A DNA stretch of 32,000 nucleotides from Acaryochloris marina S15 (GTDB lineage Bacteria; Cyanobacteriota; Cyanobacteriia; Thermosynechococcales; Thermosynechococcaceae): NCBI RefSeq assembly GCF_018336915.1, contig NZ_CP064923.1, positions 420,001 to 452,000 on the forward strand, in the 5' to 3' direction. Of this stretch, positions 18,796 through 30,045 are shown one piece after another. The position numbers and the translations under genes were made by a program. How positions within the stretch are numbered: position 1 is the first letter of the stretch; every line of letters begins with the position of its first letter. Below the pieces are notes generated by a model. It had not been told where the DNA came from, searched no databases, and saw only the letters and a program-made list of their open reading frames with translations.

Positions 18796-19971
18796 ATGAA
18801 CCTGACGTTTGCAGAACTGGCCTCACAGTACAAACAAGCGCTGTTGGAAGATGTCCTCCCTTTTTGGCAGAACCACTCTTTAGATCATCAGGAAGGGGGC
18901 TACTTCACCTGCTTGGATGCCCAAGGCACGGTCTACGATACGGATAAATTTATTTGGTTGCAAAACCGCCAGGTCTGGACCTTCTCTATGCTTTACAATC
19001 AGCTTTCGCCAGAATCTGAGTGGCTGGAGGTAGCTAGGCTTGGTGCTGATTTTCTGGCTAACAAAGGGCGTGATCAGGAAGGCAACTGGTATTTTGCCTT
19101 GAATCGGGCAGGGGAACCCTTGGTACAGCCCTACAATATTTTCTCTGACTGCTTTGCGGCGATGGCCTTTAGCCAATTTGCTCTTGCCTCTCAGGAAGAT
19201 GCAGCTAAAGCTGTGGCTCTCCAAGCCTATAACAATGTTCTGCGACGACAACAAGATCCCAAAGGACGGTACAACAAGCTCTATCCCGGGACCCGCTCCT
19301 TAAAATCTCTAGCGGTTCCCATGATTTTGGCCAACTTAACCTTGGAAATGGCACCTCTACTCGATGCCACCCAGCTTGAGCAGGTGTTAGATCAGACGGT
19401 GCAAGAGGTGATGACAGATTTTCTCGATGCTGAGCGGGGATTATTGTTCGAATCTGTGGCCCCAGATGGCACCCATGTTGATTGCTTTGAGGGCCGCCTG
19501 ATTAATCCTGGCCATGGTATTGAGGCCATGTGGTTTCTGATGGAGATTGGTCAACGCCGAGGAGATACTGCATTAATTGAACGAGCGGTTGATGTGGTGC
19601 TCAATATCTTGGACTTTAGCTGGGACAAGGACTATGGTGGCTTGTATTACTTCTTAGATGCAGAAGGATATCCTCCCCAGCAACTGGAATGGGACCAAAA
19701 ACTGTGGTGGGTTCATCTGGAAACTTTAGTGGCCTTGGTGATGGGGTACCGCTTGACCGGGCGAGATGAGTGCTGGCAATGGTATCAAAAGGTGCATGAC
19801 TATAGCTGGTCACATTTTGCCGATTCTGGTCGAGAATGGTTTGGGTATTTAAATCGAGCAGGGCAAGTGCATTTACAGCTCAAAGGCGGCAAGTGGAAGG
19901 GTTGCTTCCATGTGCCGAGGGCACTCTATCTTTGTTGGCAACAGTTTGAACAACTGAGTGCCAACCCGTAA
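18796..19971 (+). CDS. AGE-family epimerase/isomerase (N-acylglucosamine 2-epimerase-like)
   Basis: 391 aa. The repeated pattern of an (alpha/alpha)6-barrel AGE protein is present ([48 protein letters not shown]). Confidence 0.8.
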   Translation: MNLTFAELASQYKQALLEDVLPFWQNHSLDHQEGGYFTCLDAQGTVYDTDKFIWLQNRQVWTFSMLYNQLSPESEWLEVARLGADFLANKGRDQEGNWYFALNRAGEPLVQPYNIFSDCFAAMAFSQFALASQEDAAKAVALQAYNNVLRRQQDPKGRYNKLYPGTRSLKSLAVPMILANLTLEMAPLLDATQLEQVLDQTVQEVMTDFLDAERGLLFESVAPDGTHVDCFEGRLINPGHGIEAMWFLMEIGQRRGDTALIERAVDVVLNILDFSWDKDYGGLYYFLDAEGYPPQQLEWDQKLWWVHLETLVALVMGYRLTGRDECWQWYQKVHDYSWSHFADSGREWFGYLNRAGQVHLQLKGGKWKGCFHVPRALYLCWQQFEQLSANP

Positions 19972-20150
19972 TGTTCGAGTTAAGGAGAATACCCTTTATA
20001 CTTTGATGAGTATTTCCACTCAAGATTTGGCGATACGGAGATGGACCATCAGGATAATATAACGGGTCGAGAAACTTAGTGATTTTGTTAAGATTAGTCA
20101 GCTCAATAACCGCTCCAGCAATGGCCCAACGGGCCTCAAGACGATAGGAC

Positions 20151-22016
20151 ATGGAAGGAAATTTAGAAATTACCCTGTTAATGGTGATCACTGTTGTGGC
20201 AGGGATTTCAGCCCAGGTGATTGCTGATTTTCTCAAAGTTCCCAGTATTGTATTTCTGCTACTGTTTGGCATTGCCATGGGACCCAGCGGCTTTGGGGTG
20301 CTTCATCCCAGTCTGCTAGGAAATGGCTTAGAGGTGATGGTCTCTCTCTGCGTGGCTCTCATTCTGTTTGAAGGGGGGCTGAATTTACAGCTGAGGGAGG
20401 TGGAAGAAGTTTCCACTAGCTTACGTAACTTGGTGACGGTGGGAGCGCTGGTTACGTTGTTTGGCGGTGGACTGGCAGCCCATTGGCTGAGTGAATTTCC
20501 CTGGCAAATTGCTTTTCTCTATGCCTCCTTAGTGGTGGTGACTGGACCAACGGTCGTGGCTCCCTTACTCAAACAGGTGAATGCCGACCGTCAGGTATCT
20601 ACCCTTTTGGAAGGGGAAGGGGTCTTAATCGATCCCGTCGGAGCAATTTTAGCGGTTGTCGTGCTTAATATTGTCCTGCAAGGGAATGCTGATCCGTTCA
20701 CTATCGTGAGTGGGTTGTTATTGCGCCTGGGGATTGGCGGCATTATCGGTATTGGTGGCGGTTGGCTGTTGGGCCTGTTCTTGAAGCGGGCTCGCTTTCT
20801 ATCGGAAGACTTGAAAAATCTGTCGGTTCTAGCGGGTCTGTGGGGATTATTTGGGCTATCCCAAGCCTTGATTAGTGAGTCGGGATTAATGACGGCAGTG
20901 GCAGCAGGCATCATGCTCAAGATTGCTGATTTGCCTGAAGAGCGCTTGCTGCTTCGATTTAAGAATCAGCTGAGTATTCTGGCGATTTCAGTTTTATTTA
21001 TTCTGTTATCTGCCGATTTGTCCATTGCCAGTATTTTCGCTTTGGGCTGGGGGGGAACATTTACAGTTGCCGCTTTAATGCTGATTGTTCGCCCTTTGAA
21101 TATCCTGGTTTCGACTTGGTCAAGCGATCTGAATTGGCGGCAAAAAGCGTTTTTATCTTGGGTTGCTCCCCGAGGAATTGTGGCGGCATCGGTAGCCTCA
21201 TTGTTTGCTATTTCCCTGACTAAGCAAGGTATCAATGGTGGCGACGCCATTAAAGCCCTCGTCTTCTTAACGATTATTTTGACGGTCTGTGTGCAGGGAC
21301 TGTCTGCTAGATGGGTTGCTGGCTGGTTAAAGGTCCGGTCGGATGAAGCGAGAGGTGCCATGATTGTCGGCTGCAGTCCCTTTGGCAGGACGGTTGCGCA
21401 TCTGATTAAGAGTCGGGGCGAAGATGTGGTGATGATTGATGCTAACCCTGAATATTGTAAGCAGGCTAAGGCCGAGAATCTTACGGTTTATCGAACCAGT
21501 GCCCTCAATATGGATGCTCTGGATAATCTGGGTCTGGCCTCCATCGGCACATTTTTAACGGCCACCAGTAATTCTGAGGTCAACTCGGTATTGGCCCAGC
21601 GGGTGATGGAAGAATTTCGGCCGCCTCGGGTATTGGCGGTCTATCCCGATCAGTCTCCAGAAACGGAAGTGGCTGAACCTGCAGAAAAATTGGCGAGTCC
21701 AGAGGTGAAGCGTGCCTTTTCTTCTCAGCTCTCCATTAAAGAATGGAATCAGTACCTGAGCACCAATGAGGTCAAAATCACCGATACGGTCTTAGATATG
21801 GATGAGCAAAAGTTCAAGCGGCAGCGAGATCATTTGCAGGCTTTAATTAATGCTGGAACGGTTATTCCGCTGCTAGTTCAGCGCCAAGACCAACTGCGTA
21901 TTGCGAAGGCGGATGAAGAGTGGCAACCTTGCGATCGCATCACCTACGGTCTCCACATTCCCAAACCCAAATTCGGACTCTCTATTCCGAATGAAACCAT
22001 ACAGGTATCTTCATAA
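20151..22016 (+). CDS. CPA1-type Na+/H+ (cation:proton) antiporter with a C-terminal RCK/TrkA-N-like domain
   Basis: About 11-12 TM segments with an NhaP-like N-terminus (ISAQVIADFLKVPSIVFLLLFGIAMGPSGFG). A soluble tail follows (MIVGCSPFGRTVAHLIKSRGEDVVMIDAN). Confidence 0.8.
   Translation: MEGNLEITLLMVITVVAGISAQVIADFLKVPSIVFLLLFGIAMGPSGFGVLHPSLLGNGLEVMVSLCVALILFEGGLNLQLREVEEVSTSLRNLVTVGALVTLFGGGLAAHWLSEFPWQIAFLYASLVVVTGPTVVAPLLKQVNADRQVSTLLEGEGVLIDPVGAILAVVVLNIVLQGNADPFTIVSGLLLRLGIGGIIGIGGGWLLGLFLKRARFLSEDLKNLSVLAGLWGLFGLSQALISESGLMTAVAAGIMLKIADLPEERLLLRFKNQLSILAISVLFILLSADLSIASIFALGWGGTFTVAALMLIVRPLNILVSTWSSDLNWRQKAFLSWVAPRGIVAASVASLFAISLTKQGINGGDAIKALVFLTIILTVCVQGLSARWVAGWLKVRSDEARGAMIVGCSPFGRTVAHLIKSRGEDVVMIDANPEYCKQAKAENLTVYRTSALNMDALDNLGLASIGTFLTATSNSEVNSVLAQRVMEEFRPPRVLAVYPDQSPETEVAEPAEKLASPEVKRAFSSQLSIKEWNQYLSTNEVKITDTVLDMDEQKFKRQRDHLQALINAGTVIPLLVQRQDQLRIAKADEEWQPCDRITYGLHIPKPKFGLSIPNETIQVSS
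21931..21938. repeat. HIP1 octamer GCGATCGC
   Basis: Exact match read in the sequence. Confidence 0.95.
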
Positions 22017-22087
22017 GATAAAGCCTTATCGTTCGGGTCTCAAAAAGCGGGAACCTTGTCCCGTAAGCTTCAAAGCAAAAAATTGAA

Positions 22088-23200
22088 CTAAGCCAAAGCG
22101 CTACAGCCAGAGATTGCATGGTCTAGAATATCTACCAATCGCTGGATATCCTCAGTTGTGTACCTAAAATCACAGGGGATTGACAGCATTGTGGAGGAGA
22201 ATTCGAGTCCTTGATCATCATTAAGATCGGTCGGGAGGTCCCAAAAAATAGCTGGGTAAACGTGGTCTTGGATCAAACCACTGCGAACATCATCTCGTTG
22301 CGTCCTATTGTTAAATCGCAAAACAATTGAAAAGGGATAGCAGCCCTGTTTTAACTGCCCTTGCTCGATATAGGCCTTAACCGAATTGGTAGCTAGTTCA
22401 TTGAAGGTCTGAAAATTATCCAAACGACGTTGACTGAGTTGAGTAACAGAGAGAACGGATAAAAAATATCGAGAGAGTTCTGAAATCCCTGAAATGCCGC
22501 ATGCACCACCAATCTCTTCCTCTCCAGCAATGGCTTTCTCTCTAAATTCGGCCTTGTTGATAGGGCCACCGTTTAAATAAATCTGTTTTAAGAACATGCC
22601 ACTCAACTTATTTTGAACCGCTGAGAGATGACTGACGGTCAGTTCAGGTTCTTTGGGTAGCTCTTCGCCCATTGGTGACCATAAAATTGCCCCATCCGGG
22701 AGAGGATATACTTTCCTTAAAGTGGTTAAGCAATAGGTCGCTTGACTGTTTTGTGCCCATGGCCCGATTGGATCATGACAATGATCTTCGATAATGTCGC
22801 AACCGGTGTCAGCGGGGGAAAGAATGGCTTCAGTTCCCCTCCAGCCAAAGTAATTTAACCTGAAGAGTACGTCAGAAGAAGAAAGAGTACCCTCAGGTAA
22901 ACCGGGAGAATTGAGCAGAGGATTATCCTGGTAATACTCAATCGCCAGACCACTATCTGCGATGGCAGCAATAACGTCAGTAATTAAATAGGTGGGGACC
23001 CATATCTTTTGCCAACTGCGTGTGTCTTGGCCGTAATTTAGAATTGTTCGAATCGCGGAGCAGCCCGTACCATGTAGCCTTGAGTGTGGGAAAATTTCCT
23101 GTATGGTGCCTGCCCCACCTAGAGACTGTAACTCTAAGGTTGATTGCCAATGTAGTTCGCTGCCATATTCCCATCGAATCTGATTAGTATTTTTATTCAT
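22088..23200 (-). CDS. DegT/DnrJ/EryC1-like PLP-dependent aminotransferase-fold protein (tentative)
   Basis: The order of blocks resembles sugar aminotransferases: LHGTGCSAIRTIL, KIWVPTYLITDVIAAIADSGLAIEYY, CDIIEDHCHD, and TTLRKVYPLPDGAILW with a candidate Schiff-base Lys. This is a by-eye alignment only. Confidence 0.45.
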   Translation of the reverse strand: MNKNTNQIRWEYGSELHWQSTLELQSLGGAGTIQEIFPHSRLHGTGCSAIRTILNYGQDTRSWQKIWVPTYLITDVIAAIADSGLAIEYYQDNPLLNSPGLPEGTLSSSDVLFRLNYFGWRGTEAILSPADTGCDIIEDHCHDPIGPWAQNSQATYCLTTLRKVYPLPDGAILWSPMGEELPKEPELTVSHLSAVQNKLSGMFLKQIYLNGGPINKAEFREKAIAGEEEIGGACGISGISELSRYFLSVLSVTQLSQRRLDNFQTFNELATNSVKAYIEQGQLKQGCYPFSIVLRFNNRTQRDDVRSGLIQDHVYPAIFWDLPTDLNDDQGLEFSSTMLSIPCDFRYTTEDIQRLVDILDHAISGCSALA

Positions 23201-23398
23201 GATCTACGAATTTATAGGTCGATATAGGTAAATACCGGGCCATTAGCTGCATGATTTATCACTACTCTTCAATGCATCGGTGTGCTTGCACTTGCATCGA
23301 TATTTCAACAGATACGATACAGTTGGATTTCCTATAATCTTCGCGTAATGCGATAGCTGTGAATGTAAATCTTGAACAGTATATTTTTGGGGAGGATT

Positions 23399-24346
23399 AT
23401 GGCGACTTTAAAGAAAATAGAAAAAGTAAAATTCTTAGGCGAAATACATCAGAAAGAAGATGTTAGTGCTATTGCATATTTTGAAGATTATATGCTGGTC
23501 GGGTCTGATGAAAGTCAAAATATCATTAACCTGCTGAAGAGAGAAGATCAAGACTTTAGCTTAGTGTTGGATATTCCTTTATCTCTTGATCATGCGGAAG
23601 ATGGAGAAATAGATATCGAGGGAATGTCTATTGATGAAGATGGGACACTATATGTGATTGGGTCTCATTCATCGAAGCGAAAAACAATCAAGGCATCAAA
23701 AACCTATTTAGCTAACCATCAACGATTGGCAACGGTGATAGCGGAAACGAGAAAAAATACAATCTTTAAATTGAAGTTAGATCCAAAGACAGGTCAGGTT
23801 TTAAAGCGAGACGCGAATACTCAACTCAAGACAGTCTTAGAGAAAAATATTATTCTCAATCGCTTTCTCAATATCCCCAGTAAAGAGAACGGAATTGATA
23901 TAGAAGGATTAGCCATTTACCAAGAAAAGCTCTATTTGGGTTTCCGAGGACCGGTTCTACGAGGCAACTATGTTCCCGTAATGGTCACTGAGTTTGATGA
24001 TTTGCTGGATTATGAATTGCGGTATGTCCAATTAGATGGGAATGGTATTCGGGATATCACTAGAGTACAGGATGGTTTTCTCTTGATTGCAGGCCCGGTA
24101 GGCGATGGTCGGGGGGCTTATCAACTGTATTTTTGGAATGGCGAAGATACTATTCCTGGAGAAGACAGGCCAGATACATCTGATTATTGCCAACTCATTG
24201 GTGAGATCCCCTTGCCTAAAAAATATCCAGAAGCCAAAGCAGAAGGCATTACTGTTCTTGAAAATAAGGGCAAAAAAGTGACTGCCATGATTGTTTATGA
24301 TGGGGCACCTCAGGGAGCTCCGACTTTATTTAAGCTGGAATTGTGA
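23399..24346 (+). CDS. DUF3616-like / phytase-like beta-propeller repeat protein (tentative)
   Basis: Recurrent motifs: DVSAIAYFEDYMLVGSDES, IDIEGMSIDEDGTLYVIGSHS, GIDIEGLAIYQEKLYLGFRGP, KAEGITVLE. The ATG at 23399 is preceded by GGGGAGG. One sampled line gives 30% GC. Confidence 0.5.
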   Translation: MATLKKIEKVKFLGEIHQKEDVSAIAYFEDYMLVGSDESQNIINLLKREDQDFSLVLDIPLSLDHAEDGEIDIEGMSIDEDGTLYVIGSHSSKRKTIKASKTYLANHQRLATVIAETRKNTIFKLKLDPKTGQVLKRDANTQLKTVLEKNIILNRFLNIPSKENGIDIEGLAIYQEKLYLGFRGPVLRGNYVPVMVTEFDDLLDYELRYVQLDGNGIRDITRVQDGFLLIAGPVGDGRGAYQLYFWNGEDTIPGEDRPDTSDYCQLIGEIPLPKKYPEAKAEGITVLENKGKKVTAMIVYDGAPQGAPTLFKLEL

Positions 24347-24398
24347 TACTGCAATCGAGTCGGCAGTCAAAAAAATAGGCATTGGTGAGACAGGCTAG

Positions 24399-27300
24399 AT
24401 GAGCAATACAGAATTAAGCACATGGCAATTCTGGATTGATCGGGGAGGAACCTTTACGGATATTGTGGCCCAAAGGCCTGACGGCTGCATCGTTCTCCAT
24501 AAACTACTATCAGAAAACCCAGGCTGGTATCCTGATGCTCCATTGCAAGGGATTCGAGAGCTGATGGGTATTGCTGTGGATCAACCCATTCCTGCAGACC
24601 AAATTGCCGTGGTCAAGATGGGAACGACAGTGGCTACCAATGCTCTATTGGAACGAAAAGGCGATCGCACGCTCCTAATCACCACTAAGGGATTCCGAGA
24701 TGGCCTACGGATTGGCTATCAGAATCGTCCCGATATTTTCGCGCGCCAGATTCAGCTACCAGAAATGCTGTACGAGCAGGTTCTGGAAGTGGATGAGCGG
24801 GTTACGGCGGCGGGGGAGGTGTTGACAGCCATTACCCCAACGATTGAAAGTCAAGTCCGAGAAGGTTTGCAAACAGCTTATGACTTGGGGGTTCGGAGTT
24901 GTGCGATCTCATTTCTGCATGGCTACCGATATCCCGCCCATGAGCAGCAGGTAGCAGCCTTGGCACATCAGGTGGGATTTACCCAAATCTCCATGTCCCA
25001 CGCGGTTAGTCCCCTAATCAAATGGGTCAGTAGAGGTGATACCACCGTTGTTGATGCCTATTTATCCCCCATTCTGCGGCGATATGTGGAGCGGATTGAG
25101 CAGGAGCTTAGACCTGCGAACTCTGCGGTTGAATCCCAACCCCAGCTTTTATTTATGCAATCGAGTGGGGGACTAACTCCTGCTCAGTTTTTCCAAGGCA
25201 AAGACAGTATTTTGTCGGGGCCAGCGGGGGGGATTGTTGGAGCGGTCCAAACCTGTCTGACTGCAGGCTTTCAAAAGCTGATTACCTTCGATATGGGAGG
25301 GACTTCTACCGATGTAGCCCACTTTAATGGCGAAGGAGAAGGCACCTATGAACGGGTGTTAGAAACTGAAGTAGCCGGAGTGCGTTTACGAGCACCGATG
25401 ATGGCCATTCATACGGTGGCGGCGGGTGGTGGTTCGATTCTCAATTTTGATGGGGCTCGATACCAAGTCGGTCCTGAATCAGCGGGGGCCTATCCAGGAC
25501 CGGCCTGTTATCGTCATGGCGGTCCCTTAACTGTGACGGACTGCAACGTTATGGTGGGTAAAATTCAACCCCAGTTTTTCCCCCAGGTCTTTGGGACTGA
25601 GGGGAACCAACCCCTTGATGTAGAGATAGTTCAACAGGGATTTTCTACCCTCTCAGAAGATATTACTGTTGCGACAGGGGACCAACGCAGTGCCGCTCAA
25701 GTCGCAGCAGGGTTTTTGGCGATTGCCATCGATAATATGGCCAATGCCATTAAAAAGATTTCGGTGCAGCGGGGCTATGACGTGGGTGACTATGCTCTGT
25801 GCTGTTTTGGTGCGGCTGGGGGACAACATGCCTGTCGGCTAGCAGAAGCCTTGGGCATGAAAACAATTGTGATTCATCCCTATGCAGGTGTCCTATCGGC
25901 CTATGGAATGGGGTTGGCAGATCGGCGGGTGTTGAAGGAGCAATCTCTAGAAATTGCTTTGACTGCAGAAGGCATGACAAGGTTGACTGAAGAGATTCAG
26001 GGCTTAGGGGACTCAGTACTAACCGAGCTACAAGAGCAGGGGGCTCGTGATATCCATACCTTTGACGTGGTGAAACAAGTTCATCTCCGCTATGAAGGCA
26101 CTGATTCTTCTCTGATCGTCAACTTCGGTTCCTTAGCAGAGATGCAGGCCCAGTTCGAGGGGCAGTATCAACAGCGCTTTGGTCTGATTCAAACTAATAA
26201 AGGACTGGTGGTGGCGACGATGACTGCTGAGGCTGTGGGTAAAACAGCGGCCCTTGAAAAAGTTGCCGCTTCTCAACCTCAAGCAACCCTGCCCATGCAG
26301 ATCCCTAACATCTCACTCTTTTCAGAGGACCAGTGGTGGGATACGCCTGTTTTTCAGCGCCAGGATTTATCTGCAGGAACGATGATTGATGGCCCTGCTG
26401 TGATCTTGGAGCAAACCGGAACCAATGTGATTGAGCCAGGGTGGTCTGCCAGTATCGCCGAGACTGGGGTATTGGTTTTGAAATATCAGTCTAAGCAGTC
26501 CCAACAACCGGAAATTCAGGTTGATGTTTTAGACCCGTCAGCTTCTGCCGCTCCTGATCCGGTACGCCTAGAGATTTTCAATAACTTGTTCCAATCCATC
26601 GCGGAACAGATGGGATTTACGCTGCAAAATACTAGCTCGTCTGTGAATATCAAGGAACGTCTTGATTTCTCTTGCGCTATCTTTGATAGCCAAGGTTATC
26701 TTGTCGCTAATGCCCCCCATATCCCTGTGCATTTGGGGTCGATGGGAGAGAGCATTCAGGCACTGATTGCCGATCAGATGGAACCCTTTCAGCCTGGGGA
26801 TGTTTTTGTGTCTAATAATCCCTATAACGGCGGTACCCATCTGCCCGATATTACAGTGATAACCCCTGTTTTTGTGGAGGGACAGCCCCTCTTCTTTGTG
26901 GCTTCACGGGGGCATCATGCGGATATTGGCGGTATTACCCCTGGATCGATGCCACCCCATAGCATCCACCTAGACCAAGAGGGAGTGTTGTTGGACAATT
27001 TTAAGCTGGTAGAGCAGGGAGTATTGCAGGTAGAAGGGGTGTGCTATCGCATCTCTGCATCCCCAAATCCCGCTCGCAACCCTGACCAAAATCTGGCGGA
27101 CTTGCAAGCCCAAATTGCCGCCAATACTAAGGGGGCACAGGAGCTATACCGGATGGTGGATCAGTTTGGCCTTGGTACGGTCCAAGCCTATATGCAACAT
27201 GTCCAAGACAATGCTGAACAAGCCGTCCGTAGAGTGATCGCCCAACTTTGTGACCAGCGTGCTGCTGGTGAAAGTCTTGTGTCTACCTATCAGGTGCCGA

Positions 27301-28115
27301 TGGATTGTGGCGCAATCATTCAGGTTCAAGTCACCCTCGATCTTGATGACCGCAGTGCCGTTATTGACTTTGCGGGGACCTCTCCTCAACAACCCAGTAA
27401 TTTCAATGCTCCTCTAGCCGTTTGCAAGGCGGCGGTTCTCTATGTCTTTCGCACCTTGGTTAATACCCCTATTCCCCTGAATGCAGGTTGCTTAAAGCCT
27501 TTAGATATCCGTGTTCCCCCAGGCTGTTTACTCAATCCCGCCTACCCAGCTGCCGTGGTGGCCGGTAATGTGGAAACGTCTCAAGCCGTGACGGATGCAT
27601 TGTATGCGGCCCTGAACGTTCTGGCTGCGTCCCAGGGCACCATGAACAATTTCACTTTTGGTAATCAGCAATATCAGTACTACGAAACCATTTGTGGTGG
27701 GTCGGGGGCGGGTCCTGGCTTTGCTGGTACTGATGCGGTGCAAACCCATATGACCAACTCTCGCCTGACGGATCCAGAAGTTCTAGAACTTCGCTTTCCA
27801 GTATTGGTCGAGGAATTTTCGATTCGTCCTGAGAGTGGCGGGAAGGGGCAGTATTGTGGGGGGAATGGCGTGATCCGGCAGATTCAGTTTCGAGAGGCAA
27901 TGACAGCCAATATTTTGTCCGGTCGCCGACAGGTGGAACCCTTTGGTTTAGCTGGGGGGGAGTCGGGCCAAACAGGCCTGACTCAACTGATCCGAGTAGA
28001 TGGGAGCACCGCAGAACTCGCAGCAACAGATACGGTAGAAGTGGATACGGGGGATGCGATCGCAATCTTCACCCCAGGAGGTGGTGGTTATGGTCCTTCA
28101 ACAACCTCTACCTAA
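24399..28115 (+). CDS. 5-oxoprolinase (ATP-hydrolysing), fused hydantoinase A / hydantoinase B type
   Basis: 1238 aa. The N-terminal HyuA region ([23 protein letters not shown]) is followed by a HyuB region ([26 protein letters not shown]). Confidence 0.9.
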   Translation: MSNTELSTWQFWIDRGGTFTDIVAQRPDGCIVLHKLLSENPGWYPDAPLQGIRELMGIAVDQPIPADQIAVVKMGTTVATNALLERKGDRTLLITTKGFRDGLRIGYQNRPDIFARQIQLPEMLYEQVLEVDERVTAAGEVLTAITPTIESQVREGLQTAYDLGVRSCAISFLHGYRYPAHEQQVAALAHQVGFTQISMSHAVSPLIKWVSRGDTTVVDAYLSPILRRYVERIEQELRPANSAVESQPQLLFMQSSGGLTPAQFFQGKDSILSGPAGGIVGAVQTCLTAGFQKLITFDMGGTSTDVAHFNGEGEGTYERVLETEVAGVRLRAPMMAIHTVAAGGGSILNFDGARYQVGPESAGAYPGPACYRHGGPLTVTDCNVMVGKIQPQFFPQVFGTEGNQPLDVEIVQQGFSTLSEDITVATGDQRSAAQVAAGFLAIAIDNMANAIKKISVQRGYDVGDYALCCFGAAGGQHACRLAEALGMKTIVIHPYAGVLSAYGMGLADRRVLKEQSLEIALTAEGMTRLTEEIQGLGDSVLTELQEQGARDIHTFDVVKQVHLRYEGTDSSLIVNFGSLAEMQAQFEGQYQQRFGLIQTNKGLVVATMTAEAVGKTAALEKVAASQPQATLPMQIPNISLFSEDQWWDTPVFQRQDLSAGTMIDGPAVILEQTGTNVIEPGWSASIAETGVLVLKYQSKQSQQPEIQVDVLDPSASAAPDPVRLEIFNNLFQSIAEQMGFTLQNTSSSVNIKERLDFSCAIFDSQGYLVANAPHIPVHLGSMGESIQALIADQMEPFQPGDVFVSNNPYNGGTHLPDITVITPVFVEGQPLFFVASRGHHADIGGITPGSMPPHSIHLDQEGVLLDNFKLVEQGVLQVEGVCYRISASPNPARNPDQNLADLQAQIAANTKGAQELYRMVDQFGLGTVQAYMQHVQDNAEQAVRRVIAQLCDQRAAGESLVSTYQVPMDCGAIIQVQVTLDLDDRSAVIDFAGTSPQQPSNFNAPLAVCKAAVLYVFRTLVNTPIPLNAGCLKPLDIRVPPGCLLNPAYPAAVVAGNVETSQAVTDALYAALNVLAASQGTMNNFTFGNQQYQYYETICGGSGAGPGFAGTDAVQTHMTNSRLTDPEVLELRFPVLVEEFSIRPESGGKGQYCGGNGVIRQIQFREAMTANILSGRRQVEPFGLAGGESGQTGLTQLIRVDGSTAELAATDTVEVDTGDAIAIFTPGGGGYGPSTTST
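24661..24668. repeat. HIP1 octamer GCGATCGC
   Basis: Exact match read in the sequence. Confidence 0.95.
28056..28063. repeat. HIP1 octamer GCGATCGC
   Basis: Exact match read in the sequence. Confidence 0.95.
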
Positions 28116-28344
28116 TATCGCCGTCTTCTATTTTTAAAAGGTTCTAGTAGAAAGTTCGCAATCCAGATTGTTTTTCGAAAAATAATGTATTTACAAGACC
28201 CATAAATTTCCACAGAATGGGGGAAAAAAATGGGCTATTCTAAAACGATGTATACAAAATTGTAATATTTACGACATTAAATTCAATGTTCGGAAAAATC
28301 TCATCATTCATTGTGAGAAACTTCGGCGTTTAAATCTATGAAGT

Positions 28345-29001
28345 ATGGTGCAACTTAGAGAAGAATTTTTTAATATTGACTCTGAGCTTTATACTATCTA
28401 TCTTTCCAATCATCGAACTGCAGAACTACCACCGCTGCCCAGCTTTTACGATATTCCCCAACAAAGCAGAGGTTCAAACTCAGTTGTTGAAGAGTTTCAA
28501 GAGCTAATCCCTCCCCAGAAGATTGCTTATGAACGTCTGAAAGGAATGACGATTGCGAGTCAAGCGATTTGTCTTTATGTCGCCTGTGATGAGATTGACT
28601 TTCCTCTACGCCTAGAACTGTGGGATGCACCACCTGAGGATCTAGACGAGCAGAATTTATCAAACTGGTTTTATATTGCCGAAGTGAGTTTTGATTTATC
28701 GAATGGAGAACTTTATCTTCATGGACTGATGGATCATGATGTTGCCAAACCGATCTATATTGCGCCAGATATCTATCGTTTGCGGTTTTATTTGGGATTT
28801 CTAGACACTCTTGATGAGAGCTATACCCTAACGCATTGGTCAATAGCAGAAGATGAAGATGAACTAGAGGATGAAGATGACCTGGAAGATTTAGGTCCGC
28901 GTATACAGGATCCAGAACGGAATGTCTGGTGCCGTTTAGCGTTGTGGCCTAGTCCATATAGTCCACCTAGCAGGATGCTATCGCCTCCGTCTTTTATTTA
29001 A
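28345..29001 (+). CDS. hypothetical protein with an acidic C-terminal tract
   Basis: 218-aa ORF with the tract EDEDELEDEDDLED near the C-terminus. The central pattern (PLRLELWDAPPEDLDEQNLSNWFYIAEVSFDLSNGELYLHG...IYIAPDIYRLRFY) loosely recalls ComJ/Nin-like proteins. That is unverified. Confidence 0.45.
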   Translation: MVQLREEFFNIDSELYTIYLSNHRTAELPPLPSFYDIPQQSRGSNSVVEEFQELIPPQKIAYERLKGMTIASQAICLYVACDEIDFPLRLELWDAPPEDLDEQNLSNWFYIAEVSFDLSNGELYLHGLMDHDVAKPIYIAPDIYRLRFYLGFLDTLDESYTLTHWSIAEDEDELEDEDDLEDLGPRIQDPERNVWCRLALWPSPYSPPSRMLSPPSFI

Positions 29002-29376
29002 TTAAGTGGAGTTTTCGTGAATCCGTGGAGCATGGAGGATATGGCAAACCATCGATTTTTTGTGAATGGCGATGAATAGGGGTGAACAAGATGATTCCCC
29101 ATGTGAACCTCGCTGAATGGTTGGATTTTTAAGGACTCATTACCGAAGGACAGACTGTAGCTAGATGGGGTGAGAAACCTTTCCCTACTTGATTTGCACC
29201 CTAAGCATTCTTATCTCATGTCGTAAAATTACCGTGCACGATTTGGAACAATATTTTGCCTCATGCGCATATTGTTAAAACCTGCGAAGACTTTACTGGT
29301 CCATTGTTTGAATGCTCAGGCAGCTTGAGTTGCTGCATTGGAGAGTGCGACTCCAGTATGTGTTTGTACGATGGAA

Positions 29377-29808
29377 TTAGGTGATAGATACGTATCGATA
29401 GTCAAAATCATAGGGAGCACCGAAGAGGAAAGCATTGCGATAGCGATCAAATGTGATTTGCTCCCAATCACCAGAGAAATTCTCAAACTTCCATATGCCC
29501 ACTTCTCCATGCTCATGGATGAGTGAGGCAATACTATTGTGTAACCGTAATTCTCCAATACCTTCTCGTTTATGAATTGGAGAACCACCCCATAAGCCGA
29601 TGAATGGAATCTTATGTCCTTCTAAGAGAATAATATTTGCCTTCTCTTGCAAGTCCCATGCTTGATCAATTTCTCTCATAACGCCATTATCCAGTTGATA
29701 ATAAACAAGAGCATTAAATGAAACCACGTAAAACTGACCATTTTCTGGCACTGTAAACCCCACACACCTGTCTATATAACTAGGAAATTGTATGGTGACT
29801 TGTTTCAT
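29377..29808 (-). CDS. hypothetical protein
   Basis: 143-aa ORF convergent with 28345..29001. No recognised motif. A 90-aa ORF in another frame overlaps it and is judged a shadow. Confidence 0.45.
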   Translation of the reverse strand: MKQVTIQFPSYIDRCVGFTVPENGQFYVVSFNALVYYQLDNGVMREIDQAWDLQEKANIILLEGHKIPFIGLWGGSPIHKREGIGELRLHNSIASLIHEHGEVGIWKFENFSGDWEQITFDRYRNAFLFGAPYDFDYRYVSIT

Positions 29809-30045
29809 ATCAGTGGATAAATCACGAATTGGCTAACCGTGAGAGAAATAAGTTAAAGCTTAAACAGTATATTTTGAGTATCCCGTGGACTAGTTGGGGC
29901 AAGAGAAAAAATTTGTAAAGAGGTCCAAGTGATACCAATTTGTGTTTTGGGAGCGATATGCAGGGGCCATTAAGAAAATGGGGTCTGAGTCTTTTGTCTA
30001 TGGCTGGAAAGCCTTGATTGATAAGCGGTGCAAGCTTCGAAACTT

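Noticed and set aside
19880-20278. 132-aa minus-strand ORF covering the AGE-antiporter intergenic region
   Set aside because: It overlaps the 3' end of the AGE gene and the 5' end of the antiporter gene. It has no recognisable motif and is probably fortuitous, although the 179-bp spacer itself is unexplained.
20591-21361. Minus-strand ORFs inside the antiporter gene (20591..20920, 20966..21361)
   Set aside because: They are antisense shadows of a membrane-protein gene, with the Pro/Arg-rich composition typical of such shadows.
25750-28147. Small ORFs within or antisense to the oxoprolinase gene (25750..25980, 25799..25990, 26568..26840, 27144..27392, 27528..27749, 27652..28065, 27854..28147)
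   Set aside because: These are shadows of a 1238-aa gene with continuous family-typical motifs.
29316-29588. 90-aa minus-strand ORF and 62-aa plus-strand ORF overlapping the 143-aa gene
   Set aside because: The longer 143-aa frame is preferred. These are alternative-frame overlaps without support. None of the three is strongly supported.
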